Shown in pieces: positions 27,503 through 42,500 of a stretch of DNA of 64,000 bases (its first letter is position 1; each line of letters starts with the position of its first letter). The notes under the pieces were generated by a model. It made no database searches, was not told where the DNA came from, and saw only the letters and a program-made list of their open reading frames with translations. The translations under genes were made by a program, and so were the position numbers. The DNA lies in the NCBI GenBank assembly GCA_012295275.1, contig CM022671.1:15562001-15626000 (forward strand), given 5' to 3'. The stretch is from Chrysomallon squamiferum (Eukaryota > Animalia > Mollusca).

Positions 27503-27847
27503 GTATTCTGAGCTATTCCAGTTTTAGGAAAACGCAACAGTCTGAACTTTCCTCGCCTTCGCCAGACGGTGTTTATCACACTATTTCCTCGACTGTCAAA
27601 ACCAACGAATTACTTCTAACACATGCAGGTTTTTGTCTTCTTATACAAGTGTCGTGAGAAAAATTTGATTTAAATCTTCTAGATTTCGCATCTTACATGT
27701 AACTGATCCCATGATGACGTCGCGTGAGCTTGTGAAACAGCATGAAGTAATTATAATACCAACAAGAAAGAAAACTAAACCAGAGTTTGGTGTGTTGTTA
27801 TAAATGGAAAGCTGTAACAACAAAGATAAATAATGATAACAGTAATA

Positions 27848-27879
<32 letters not shown>

Positions 27880-29146
27880 AATTAGAAGAAGAAGAAGAAA
27901 AGAACAAGATGAAGTAATAATAATAATAATAATAGGAAGAACAACGGCAACAACAACGAAATGTTAACTATATCAACTAGCGTACTTAGTAAAGTACAGT
28001 AATGTTTTCAGATTAGCGAGAGAAATAAACACGCCATAATTAAAGTCTTACAGTAGGTGCTTTATATAATGGCAGAAATTAAAGATGCATATTTGTGGAA
28101 AAGATCAGAATATATCGTTTTAAATAATTAAAGTATCTCTTAAAATGCATCATAAATAACACTGGTGTACAAACAGTTTGTTTCATTGAAGCTATCAAAT
28201 AATAACGTATGACAATAAAGCAGCCACGTCTGCCGTGAAAGTGCCATAATGATGCTGAAGAGGACTGTCCTTGCAACCTATTACTCTCGAGTTGATATAG
28301 TACCAATAATCACTTTCTTTCTTTTTCCTCTAAATTAAAGAAAACAAATGCTACAGAACTAATTTTCGAGTTAAATCTGTTTCACCTTTTGGTCAGTTGA
28401 CTCCGGCAAATCAGGATCGTTTTCTTTACCAATTACGGTTAATGTCCGAGATAAAGAATCTACAATCACCAAGGGACTCGGCCAGTGTAATTTACTGTCC
28501 GTAAACCGTCAGGCCGTAGACTGGTAAAAGATTGCGACCGTATAAACTTTCTTGATTACTGCGTATCATTAGAACAAAGTCAGTTTTAATTGAGTATCAG
28601 TGGACTTTCATTTAGCGGAATGATCTCCAGGGAGTTTGCAGTAAACGTTTTTCTAGTGAAACAAACTGACAAAAGAGCGGAGGTTGTTCTCAATAAATAT
28701 TTTTTTAATCTTAGTTTATCATCATCACGATGCATGATGAGCCTTCCTCTGGGAAAAGCCCGCTCGTCGATTTAATGCGACTTCAAAAGACTGGAGAAGT
28801 TTTGGAGTCTGATCAAAACGGATAAAACAATAATAAAGTAAATTATATAACTCGTCCGTTTTTCCTTCTGTACTGAATTACCATGGCGATGTTTTATTGA
28901 ATTGCTTGTGCTGGTTCAGCAAATACATAACTAGTTAACTTGCTTGAAGTTTTTTCTAAACGATGAGATAATCCCTGGAGATTTCGTTACGTAACGCACA
29001 ATGAAATATTGAATATTGTTTTACCACGAATAATCATATAGAATCGTCTGTGTCGTTTCAAAATATACGATATAAACTTGTTTATGGTACTTTGCACTAT
29101 AGCTGACATAAGTTATAATGCTTAAAATTAAAAAAACAAAAAAACA

Positions 29147-29207
<61 letters not shown>

Positions 29208-29245
29208 TATGTATGTATGTATAATAAAAAAAAAAAAATAAATAA

Positions 29246-29279
<34 letters not shown>

Positions 29280-30953
29280 AAATAAAATAACCCAGACGTA
29301 TTAACAGTTCACAAATCTATTTTCACTTACAGCTTAAACTAATATCATCAAACGATTCTATTTGAACTATGTAAAACGCAGAACTAATGTCTGTTTATTG
29401 AATTAGACCAAAGACACACCTTTGTCCGTAAATTATATCAATTATTATTCGATTTTATAAATATAAAATTAGTAATAATTTCATTACTGTGATACGAAAT
29501 TCCTTTAGCGTAGGACAAACTACGAGTGTGTAAGAATTGTACACTTAACATAATAAAACTGATGTTCAGTGGAAGATATATGATGTCTATTAGGCTGTGA
29601 AATCTTTGTAGTTGCCACTTTCTGATGATGTAGTCTGACGTTTGAATTAAATTAATATTGAATATTTCAGTTACTAAAATAGAAACGTTATAATTATATA
29701 ATATTATTTCTTACGGCTTGTGTTAGAAATTGATCAGTAGTTTAAACCATATTCAGATTTATTTCTAGTCACTTCTTTTCTGGAAATTATGCATATATTT
29801 ATAAGTTCTCCAATTACCATTACAAAATAACTTTGTTTTTCGATAAGCATTCCTTTTTAAAATTTTCTTTGTTTTCTCACATTTAAAAAACAAAATAATA
29901 ATAATAATCGACTAATAATTTAGTTGTTTTATGGAATAGAAAATTTAATTATTGCAACCTTAGGTAACATTAGAATGCACTATTTGCAATAATTTTATTT
30001 AAAAAAAGAAGATTTCATATAATTTAATTTATTGTCTATGTTTATTAGTTCTTTAAAAAAAAGAAAAGTACGCACGCACGCACAAACACACAGTCACATA
30101 CATAAAATCTAAACGTCATTTACTCAGAAATGATTTAAAATCGATTAAAACAAAATAAGACACTAGTTATTTCACGTTCTCACGTAATTATGACATTTAT
30201 ATTTAGAAAAAAAATATATATTTCAAGAATAATAAGTAATAAAAAAGTATTTCAAGAATAATATGTAATAAAAAAATCTTTACCTCTGAAACGTTTACAA
30301 ACTTTTGTTGCTCTAAATACTGAACACATAATAAAAACAAAATGAACGCGATCATAATTTCATATGGACTCTTCGTGAGCTTTCGTGTGTACACGCAATG
30401 AAATTTCAACTTTAATTTGATCATTCTGAGGTCACAGACTTTCAGATCCCAAAATCTGCACAGCCTACACGCAGGGGAGGGTGCTAGGGGTGTGTATGCA
30501 TACCCCCACCATCACTGTCTGCCGAGGTCCCTTCGAGGATGTGTTAAAAAAAAAAAAAAAAAAAAAAAAATAGTTTTACGATGAGAAATTTAATCCGCAA
30601 TGTGTATCTAAACAGAAAACGTTACCATAATCAGAATTCTGTGGGATATAAAATTAAAATTATTAAATACGATGGAAAGTGAATAACACTTGTTTAGGAA
30701 TCTTTATCAAAATAAATAAATAAAATTTAAAATTATGATTATGATGATAATGATAGTAATAGTAGTAGTAATAATTATAATAATAAACAGTTAAAAATAA
30801 ATGTCAGAAAACAGCAAAGACGAAAAAACAATAATAAAAAATAATAAATTAAAATATAAAAAAGAAGAAAAAATAAATAAACAAACAAATAATAATAACA
30901 ATAATAATAATAATAATAATCATCATGTCGTATGCGTGATACTCTTTCAATTT

Positions 30954-31000
<47 letters not shown>

Positions 31001-32298
31001 CAACTTCAGGAAATGAGATAGAATCTATTAAGCCAGTGTTACTGATAATAGTATCAAATATCAAAAGCGATTGATTCAAAATGCTGTCATATTTTATGTA
31101 TTTGTTTTCAGACTTTTCATAGTTCATCCCGTTCACTGGAAGGTTTCAGTTTTCATACAGAATGCCATGTTGAAAAAAATAAAATAAAAATAAAATAAAT
31201 GAAGAACGTAAATGAAGTATCAGACGTCAGAAAGCCAAGACCGCGAGGCGGTTTTTAATAAGTGAACAACTCGTTTCACGTGTAAAACTAAAAACCTTTT
31301 TAATGAAGTTTTCTTACGACAGTTTAGATTGCTTAGTGTTTTTCAGTTGAAGAGTTTACTCGAACGCAAGCATTGCATTCTATTTTAATTGTGTAATGAC
31401 CTTAAAAGGGGAAAAAAAAAAATAATCTGAATCAGCAGTTGCCTTTTATTATTAGTAAAAGTATTAATATTGCTGCTGCTGCTGTTGTTGTTGTTAAATT
31501 GAACAGACAGTGACAGCTATTTTAGGAAAAGAAAATTGTTTTATTTTATTTTCAGTGTTTTTATGTTTTATATTACTTGATATAAACAGATGAATTAATG
31601 ACGATCAAACGTTAAGAAAGTAAAATAATGATCAGTCACATTCGTCTTGTGATGATAAACTGCAAAATATGACTGACCAAGACACAGCCGTCTGCATCAA
31701 ACAGCATTTTTCAAAAAGCACTTTTTCTTTTACAGCAGTAGCAACATAATATTCAATATTGCTCTTTTACCGGTAAATCTGTATTTTTATCTCTTTTTTT
31801 AACTTCCATTCCTGCAGGCAAAACTAAGGACAGAGGCAGGATACTGATAACAATATTATTTAGTAATTTTTAAATTGGCCGGTTTATTTGGCTTTTTCAA
31901 ATGTCAGGGATTATATTCGTTTCGTTCGACAGCTCTTGCATTTGTTTGGAGATGTTTATATTAAACCATTTTAACGAGAATACTAGAGGATAACTTGAAG
32001 CTGTTTACCGAGGAAAATTAATTTCCAAATACCGACTTTCAAAATGCTATTACGTTACACCTGAAGGAAACGTGTTTTTAAGATTTAAAAAAATACCTTT
32101 CAACACTAAATCAGCGTTTGAATTGTACGTACCTTTTAATTCGCTAATATATCAACAGTATTAAACAAACTAATGATATTAAAAATGTATAAATAAATTT
32201 CAGTAGATCTTGTATGAATGATTGCTCGATAAGACCTCAGCAGATCGTCTGTTGCGTATCATCCAGATGATGTAAAAGATGATGTACAAAATGTTTAA

Positions 32299-32509
32299 CT
32301 ACTTCAGATTGTGATTACGTAGCTGTATATTTCAAAATCACCTACCTAACACTTACCAACGTCAAATAGATAAAAGTTAACGTCGTAAAAACGTCTGCTG
32401 TTTTTAATCTACTTATGATTGTGATTACGTAGCTGTATATTTCAAAACCACCTACCTAACACTTACCAACGTCAAACAGATAAAAGTTAACGTCATTAAG
32501 ACGTCTGCT
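32299..32509. repeat. Tandem duplication, 110-bp period, 2 copies
   Basis: gattgtgattacgtagctgtatatttcaaaa...cctaacacttaccaacgtcaaa...gataaaagttaacgtc at 32307 and 32417. Confidence 0.9.
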
Positions 32510-34154
32510 TTTTCCAGAACAGTTGCGGCCGCTGAATACACCCGAATCAAAGAGGCGCGTTAACCACGTTTGATGTCAGCTTACCGGGGAGGGTAACTAG
32601 TTTTCTCATTATTAAGCAGTTTTATCATATTGATCCTAATCTACCGAGTTAGGCCGTTCTTCAGCGTTCTGCAGCGGGCAGTGGACACTGAAATTAAGTC
32701 TAAGGACCTGGGGGCCATTTCTGTTATAATGAACTCACTATAGGTAGCCAACGAACCAAAGTCTATTACACTTTCTTAACCTTATTGTGCAGTTTAAATC
32801 ATACTGTGGGAGACGTGAAGAAGCGAAAAGCTCGAGGGAGCGCGTAGAAGTCGGGATGAGGTCCCGATCAATATGCAACACAATTAAAACCCTGTCAGGT
32901 ATTGCCACGGAGGAGACTCTGAAAAATGAAAATTAATGACTTTGGTCTTTTTGTGCTGTTTAAAATTTGATCTTTTTGTTTGACATACTCTGGTGACTGT
33001 GGCTTGAAGAGTTTCAAGGAAAGTCTTTAAGCTAACGTTTTCGATATTTATCTTAATTGTGTTTTCAGAGTAAAATTTTCTTTTTATAAAAAAAACACGA
33101 TATATTGCCTTTATTATTTCTTGAAAATAATCAGAAATTATGTAATAACAATCAGATTTGAATCCAACTCGACAGCTAAGTAATACCCAAGCTCAGTGAT
33201 TTATATCAGAACTTTATTTTTTAAATGTTTGGAAAAGATAAATTATAAAAGATGGATTATAATAAATTAGACAGTTCATGGTCACACACGAGTCATATAA
33301 ACGTGTTACGTGATTGTCACCTGACTACACCCTAGAAAAACCAGTCACAAGGAACACAAAACGTTTCTCTTATCCGGGACTACAGATATATAATTGTGAA
33401 TGATTTAAACTGTTACTGAATTAAAATAATATAAAATTTGATAAAATATTAATAGAGATATGCGTTATTATGAAAATTATAGAAAAAAAAAAATAAACTT
33501 CAGAGAATGAACGAGAACTGTTATAATGAGAATAAGAGAAACATTTAGAAAATAAAGTAAGAATTCAGTTTTATCAATAGTTTTGATGTCCGTGAAGATG
33601 GATTCAGCGACTCAGAGGAATCAGTCCAGTGTAGAATATTTGGCTCGACAGAACATCAGTGCTCATTTGAACCTATTAATAACACATTAAGAAAATTTCA
33701 GAATAAAGAATTAGGGAACTATTACAGTCTGGCATCTGTGCAGATTTTGATCGTTGATTTTGATTACGAAAACCTAAGGAGACCATATCAGAACGTAGGT
33801 TTAACACACTGTTTGTTATGGCTGCATCTACATTTTGGGTTATGGACGTTTTGCATGCAGATCGACAATGTACAGTGTAACAAAAATAAGAATAACCACC
33901 AGATATAATGCTAATTAACCTCTCTGTTCTTCGTGTTTTAGATTCACCTTCATAAAAGAAGTTAGCCAAAGTCCCACATGAAATGGGTTTTGTTGACTTT
34001 TATATGCACGACTGATAAATTATGCTACATTTATTATTTCATTCTGCTAATTGTTAAATAAAATTTGAGAATTATATTCCTGTTATTCACACAACTCCAC
34101 CAATTTTCGCATATTTAAATTTAGTTATTTGTTTGTTTGTTTGTTTGTTTGTTA

Positions 34155-34199
<45 letters not shown>

Positions 34200-34809
34200 A
34201 AACTTCACTAAAAAAAAAAATAATAATGTTTAATTTTAAATACCAGTCTGAAAAAAGGAAGATAACGCTTTCATATTGTAAGTTTGACTGCTTTATAATT
34301 AACAAAGTCTGGTCACCACTGACCATAACTTATAAGACTTTTACAGTTAAGCTATTTGTTCGCTGTGTCAAACGTATACTTTGAAAATGAATTCTGACAA
34401 TCTATATTAATTCAATAATAAGAAGACGACTTTAGTAACCTTCCTTCCAGTCATTTAATTATTAAGCCATAAACTAATTAAATAAATAATTTTTTATTTG
34501 AAAATGTCTGCTGGGACAGTTACGCATAGACCTAAAATAGATTTTCAGTGGTGTTCGTAGGTCATATTCGAAGGTAAATGACAAGCATTTCAAAATATAA
34601 AATATATAAAACGTACCAAGTTAATAAAATCGTCACAATTTAATAAAGACACTTTCGAAATAAGATCTTTTCTAGGTACAAAAATATAAAAAGGTACTAA
34701 TAAATTAAGGGACTGTTTAATAATAATAATAAAATAAGCTGAAGAAGTGAATAGGTTCAAAAGGTAACATAATGTGGATCGATCACAAAACGCGTGCGCG
34801 GTCTCAAAT

Positions 34810-34855
<46 letters not shown>

Positions 34856-36031
34856 AAATGCACACACACAAACATATTTCACACACATAGAAACACAAAT
34901 ACACTCATACAAACACATACACACAAACGCTCACACTTCTCGAACCAAAGTATCTATTTTCTTATGTACAATCATTTAAAATATTTAAAATGTGTGATTA
35001 TTAATCCTATTACTTATATGTTTTGACAGTTTAGTCTCAGATGCTGATAATGCGCCCATGTTATATCTAATCCTGAACGTAACATCCACACTCCAGGCGT
35101 TTTCATCATCTGTAGCTTCAATTAGTTACAATGTACACACCTTAAATACGTATGTACACAAATAAAACTAAGACAGGACAAAATAATCGATATCTGGAGT
35201 CTAAATTAACTAAATACGTAAGTAATAGGATTAATAATCACGCAAATTAAATGAATTACAACATTAGATTAGATAAATATTTTGCTGTAAAGTTTTTTTG
35301 CTGTCTCAAAGACTGGACCTCTAAATGTAATTATTGGTTTAACGCCTGAGTTACTAATTTGAAAATATTACTAGATAATACTCTAGCAAATAGCATGTGT
35401 AAATATTTAGACTGCTATGCGAAACTAGGTTACTAAACCGAAGATGAATTCCTCATCTAATGAATCCATGTTAACAGACACTATTTATTCGTATTTAATC
35501 AAATTAGATTAGTTAAATTTACTCTTCTTTGTAAAAATCAGTTTCACAACGTTCATACGGCTGTAATATTCTTCAAAGAAACAGAAGACGATTTATTATT
35601 AAGATTTTAAAATCTATTGATAATAACTTCGAATCAGAATATTTTTGACTGGGATTTACTGTTTTCTTGTTGATCAGACGTAAAAGTATAAAGGGGGATA
35701 ACTACTATTTTCCAATTTTGGACGTGCAGTTACTTCTGCTGTTTTTTGTTAAAAAAATAAAATAATAATAATAATAATAATAATAACGTAAATAAATAAA
35801 TAATAAAAAGATGGATAATAAAATAAATTAAGAAAACAAACAAGGAAAAAAACCCACACAAAACTTCACACAGATTAGTACATTTGAATGCATGTGCATG
35901 CACCAGTGCATGGTTAAATTTTAGTATAAATATATACATGTATTTATAAATAATAATCAACATCCAGGTGACCAGAAAACAGTGATGTAACCACATGACT
36001 CTGTGACTGGTTTTATTAATAATTTTTATAA

Positions 36032-36080
<49 letters not shown>

Positions 36081-36354
36081 AATTTATTTATTTTATGGTT
36101 TTATTTTGTTAATATCACACTATTTAGGCTATGATTAATATAATTCAAGTATTTTTTTGCCAAATTATAGTGTTTAGAAATAATTATGTAACAAGTCTAA
36201 CAGTTTAATAAACAAATCTTCGCAGAAAAGGTTCAGTGTAATTGATAAACACTTTTACTGAAGTTCTTAAAATGTGATTACAGCAGCTGTTACACACACA
36301 TATATATATATATATGCATTTTATACTCAAAACATGAAAAAGATTCAAAATTCA

Positions 36355-36360
36355 TTTATT
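36355..36360 (-). terminator. Candidate AATAAA poly(A) signal for the ABCD gene (implies a ~3.2 kb 3' UTR)
   Basis: TTTATT on + strand, with T/G-rich sequence downstream on the - strand; coincides with the edge of the CpG-depleted domain. AATAAA is common in this AT-rich DNA. Confidence 0.3.
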
Positions 36361-39300
36361 TCTGTACTGATTACAAATTTCAGATTTTGATTTACACTGT
36401 CTGAGTAATAGTTTAAATACATAAAACAGTTTTTATAAGACTCACATCTCATTTGCTCAACTTGCATACAGTACCAGCAGTAGCAAGCATCGGACTATGA
36501 CCCTGTAACTCACTTACAACTTCACTGACAACCAACATTCCCAGATTCACGTCATGTAGATTTAATTACATATATAATTAAAAATAATAATAAATAATGA
36601 ATAATTATACACAATTAAAAAAAGATAATAAGTAAATAAATAAATACACACAATTAAAGATAATAAATAAAAAAAATAATAATTACACACTGTTGTTTAT
36701 CAGCATGGTGTTTATTATAAATATTTAATCCTTTTATAAATTGTAAGAACAGTTCAACTAACCCAATAAGTTTCTTATCTCCTGTCACTGAAACTCTAGT
36801 ATCTGTCAGTTTTAACATCTACAGCTATACACAGATCAAATATAATCCTTATGCATGAAGGAGCACCAAACTGTAAGAATAAATATTCTGTGTAGAATTT
36901 AAAACAAAACAAAAATTCTAGCTGCATATAATTACAATCATTTTGTTTCATTTTAGGTAATGCCTAAAGAAATTTGATAAAAAAAAAAAAAAAAATGATA
37001 ATGACTGTATACAGTTATACGTAATATTTTGTGTAAAGTAATTATAGCAGATATGAACTGATATTTAACATCAGATGTACAAATGCTCAAACAATATGAT
37101 AGTTAATCAAATTAAATAATTAAACTGGCAAAAATGTCTAGTTCCAGTTCTTTTTAGTATCATAATTTTTTTAATACAATGTAAATTAGTGAATGAGCAA
37201 ATAATATTCTTTGTGAAGTAGTTTTAACAGTTTAAACTGAAACATTCTTCAACATTAGTGTAAAAGTGATTGAATAAGTATATAATTAATCAAAATGTAA
37301 TACAATTTAGAGAATGAGCAACTGAAGAACCTAAAACTGTAGGCTACACCAATATTATAGATTTCTATAACATAATTATAAAAATATCACTGGAAAAAAT
37401 GGATATTGCTAAAGCCATTGTACAAACATCAGTTCACATTCTGCAAACATTCAGGTCAAAATCACATACCAATGAACACTGAAAATATTCTTACAACATA
37501 TTGTAACTGCTAAAAACATTGAAAAAAACAAAACAAAAAAAGCAACTGAAAATAGTAATACTTTTAAAATAACATTAAAAAGTTACATTTAACATTTGGC
37601 ACAAACAATATTGCACTATACAAACATACACAGACAAAAAGAAAAGAAACTAAGAAAAACATGCTTCATAATTATCTTCTAAAATATTTGAAGACATCAG
37701 ATGTAACCATTTTAAGTAGTCACATTTCCATAAATTAATGGCTTAAAAACAATTAGATAATTTAAAATTTGAAATAATTAAATAAAAGTCAAAACAACAC
37801 AAAATACAAACAGCAACATAAACATCAAAATATTGCATTGTTATCCCATTGCATACAATCATAATTTACAAAATCCACTAACAAAAAATACAACAAACAA
37901 TAAAAACATTAAAAAAATAAAGATGTTCTGATCATATAATATATTAAGTTGTTGATTTTTTGGTAATTTTAAAATAAAATTTTATCTATCAAGTTAACTG
38001 AGTATTTTGAAGATACTAGCACAGCAAGTTTTCAGCTGGAGTAAATTAAGTGTTAAAACACTAATTCACCATCAAAACCTTTTCATTATATCAATTATAT
38101 ATAATTTGAAGTCATAATTAAGCTTTACAATAAGAAATATTTTAAATTTAATCTTTCTTATACCACAAATAGATTTAATTTTGAAAGAACCATTTTTAAA
38201 CCAAAGTTCTAGAGCCAACTAGAATTATTTGGACTTAACAATAAATAGACACATAGACACTACTCATTAAATTCACTTCCCTTTAGTAATATCACTCATT
38301 TTATTTTTATAACAACCATTTCATATGACCTTTTCAAATGTTATTTGGTTTATTTATTTAATTTTATTTTTTGTATTTTTAAAATAATAATATAATGTTT
38401 AAAAAAAAAAAAACTAAATTAAAGACAAAAATGTAAAAGAATTAAAAGAAAAAGGCAAGAACCATTATGTAACTAACTGCCAAATACCAGCTGATGTATA
38501 CATGTGCGTATTTGAAAATGTTAGTTTTGTTATTACTTAGCTGCCCATCCATTCGTTGTAACAATGGAAGAAACTAACATTAGAATTCATTCACTTATAA
38601 AGGAGCAATTTTAAAACTAACTGACAATTAAAAATAATTTTAAAAAAAAGAAGAATAATACTACGATGTCTTTTGTTAATAGATAATAATAAAATATCAC
38701 ACTTTCTCTACAGTGTAAGTATAATGAAGATAATTAATGTTTTAAACAGCAAAATCTGAAATAAGGTAGCTTGCCTTTTAGTCTACTATTAATTTTCATA
38801 TTCTGTTGTATTTTTCTGAAAATATCTCTATATACTATGAAAATGTTTTAAGAATAAATGGGGTGTTTAATTTTAAAACACTATATGTGAACTTACTTAT
38901 GACATACATCAAAAGAACAGTTATAAAATTAATTTATAAAAAAAAAAGATATTGACTGGCCTATGGCATTTCACTCATTACTCTAAGAGAACCAAATAGT
39001 TGCAGTCTGAGGAAGATTACAGAAATCCAGGAACATAACACAACTGTGAAATGAAGAAAACAACAACAAAAAAAGAAACAAAATACACAAAAAGCAGGTT
39101 TAAAAGTGTAATTATCAGCAGATGTAATAACAATTTAAACTAAAAATGACTACAAACCCCAAAAATTGAAAAACAAAAAGAAAGTTTCTGTAAATCCATG
39201 CATTATTAAAATCAATCAAGTTGAAGAATGCAAAAAATAAAATATTAATATGATCCAGATTGATAGTCCCAGTGTTTTGAATGGAAATTTTAAACATTAA

Positions 39301-39544
39301 ATCATGATATTTAGAACAGTTCAAAGAAATGAAAAAAGGTGTTATATAATTAAAATTATGGCAAGTTAAAAATATTTTAAAAAGATAAATTAATCCTATG
39401 TAAAATTTTGATTATAAATCCTCACATTTTTAAGAAACTATTTAAAAAGAAAAGTCCTGATTTAGAAATATTTAAAAAAGCTAAATTAATAACATGTAAA
39501 ATGTTGAATATAAAACCACATCTTCAAGAAACTGTGCATGTTCA

Positions 39545-42500
39545 CTAATTCACTAATTTAACCTCTGTACAGTCTTCATTTCTCTCCATGTCAACAAAAC
39601 TTCCTTTTGTACTGAGAAGAACAGAATCTTCACCCAGGATTGAACACAGTTCTTTCAGACGATTCTGCATTTTTGGTATTCCTGCCAACTGAGACTCAAG
39701 CTGCTGTTTCTCTTCGTTTAAGGACAATCTTATGTTATTATCCAACTGCTCCATTCTCCAACCACCTTCTCCATCAAACTGGAGCAGGTGAGTGTGAAAT
39801 TTCCTGAAAAACAAAATCAGATCAAACATTTACTAATAAAATTATCCAAAACACTTTTGAAAAATTTGTAAGAAAATAAGAAATGCCACTATCAGTACAA
39901 AGTAAAAACAAACACCAGAGATACTTTATGTACCGTTGCAGAATATTTTAAAGGTTATTTTTGTTCAGATGACTTAATTATTATTCAGTGCAATAAACCC
40001 AAGTAAATTTTACACATTCCAAATAATTTATATTCACATTTATTACATTATTTATAAAATCTGTTAGACAATTAATATTTTAACACAAAAATGATGATTT
40101 GATCAATAACGTACCACAATGACGGTCTGTGTGTGATTGTGAGAAGAGTAATACCACTGTCCTTGACATTTTGATAAATTTTACTTTCCACATCTATTGA
40201 AACTGCACTAGTGCATTCATCAAGCAAGGCAAACAATGGTCTGAAATAATATTTATTATAACCTTCATTTACCACAGTTGTACATTTTCATTAGATACAT
40301 AATATTAACACTAAACAAACAATTTAATTTTACTTCATCATCCATTTTACTTCATCATCCAAGACATGTTCTGTAAAACTATCAATATTAAAATGACAAT
40401 TTTAAAATGTGTTAATGTTTAAAATCAAAGTTATACAGTAATCAAAATCTCAAATGTTTGAAGCTTTCTTTTGATAGATGATGCTGACAATTTTAAAGTT
40501 TGTCAATGTATTTTTTTGTATAACAACTACATATCAAAATTAAAATTTATATGTATAAAATCAAAGTTATACAGTAATCAAAATCTCTCATGTTGAAAGC
40601 TTACTTCTGATAGAAGATTCTGGCCATGCCCATGCGCTGTTTTTCACCACCAGACAACACATCTTTCCAGTCACGCTCAACATCCCAGCCTAGAAATCAA
40701 AAATGTTTAACTTCTAAAGCTGCACTGTAATAACAAAGTATCTTCAATCTTAAATCTTATTTTTACACAGTGCAGTTTTACAAAGTTCTTAAAGATTAAT
40801 ATTGATCAACTTCATATCAAAATAATTCTGAGGATAAATTAAAATTTAAAAACAAATGTTAAAGAATAAGCAGAAAAGCTGTAAACTAAATTAAATATCT
40901 TACCTCCCTCTCTCTGAATTATAGGTTTCAGATTAACTATTTCCAAAATATTCTCCAAATCCACATCTGTAAAACCTTTTTCCTTCATTTCATCAGCTGT
41001 GTCAGGGTAGATAACCTGATCTCGCAGGGTACCAACTGACATGTATGGTCTAAAATACAACTCATTTATTAAGTAATGTTTGATTAAAAGTTGTTTTGTT
41101 TTATTTAAAAGGTAGGCCTAATTCAATATATTAAATGTTTAAATTTGTTATTATTGTGTGCAAAATGTTTGGTTTTTAAATACTACAATAATCTATGAAA
41201 AAGTGTTTATCTCTGATTTTATACAGACACAAGCAGCTATTTTTGTACATTCAAGTAGTCACATCTAATAATATGGATTTTACAACTGAAATAACTACAA
41301 TTTTTTCTTAATCAGTTAATGATTTAAAAAGTTTTAGTAACACAGACACAAAATAAAGAAAACATTAACAACTTAAAAAATTACCTCTGAGGAATGTAAA
41401 ACATGGAAGATGGGGGAGGTTTGTGTACATCTCCTTCATACACTGGCCAGAGACCACCGAGAATCCTAAACAAAGAGGATTTCCCACAACCATTTGGACC
41501 CGTTATCAACAAATGCATACCATGTTCTATCTAAAAGGAAAAAAGAAAAACACTTTTTAATCCATCTCAGAGTAAAATTCAGTTCTTAATCAGTGTTAAA
41601 TTAAAAATCATTGCATTAAAAACAATAAATAACAAAAAAGAGAAAAAAACAAAAGAATAATAATAATAATAATTAAAAAATAAAAATAAAAATCTAGAAA
41701 CTATTTAAACAGATCAAAGTTACAAAATACATATATGAATATATATACTACATAAATAAGTAAATTAGTATAAAAAGCTCAATCCAATTACTATTTTTTG
41801 TCTAGAGACGTAAATATGTACAGTGAATTAGCATACTAATGCTTCACTATCATATACAACAATGTCAGCTTTAAAAACAGTTCACATCTTTCTTTGAAAA
41901 TACCTTCAGTGAAAGACTAGGCACAATGATATCTCCATTTGGTGTGATGATTGGAAGATTTTCAATATTAATTGTTGAGTCTGTGTCAGTAACACGTCCT
42001 ACAAAACAATATATTATATCCAACTGTGCCAATAGGATAACCATTAATACAGAAAATTTTGTTATAGTCTTTCATAAAATATCCACATTTATTACTCCTT
42101 TACAGCCACTTTAAACATTTTATAAATATTGCTTTGTCTGTACTTTGTCTATTAATGGTTTACAAATATTAATCCAACAAATATTTTCTGTTCTCAGTAT
42201 ACATTTGGACTATATTAAAAGTAATATGGATATTAAAATGGAATGGTACTGCAAAAGCTATCATAACATTATTTTTATTAATCCCTTTTGGGGTTTTTGG
42301 ACAGATATTGAGATGTTAAAGAAATACAGTCAACTTATGATGCACTAATTTAAAAAAAAGTTATAGACAGTTTTCTGACCAATGTTTGACAGAAGACATA
42401 ACATCATTTTTATTCAACACTGGTACATTTGTACTCACATTTAACCAAGCCACTTTGGAAAGTGCAAGGAAATTATTATTATTATGATTGTTGTTATTAT

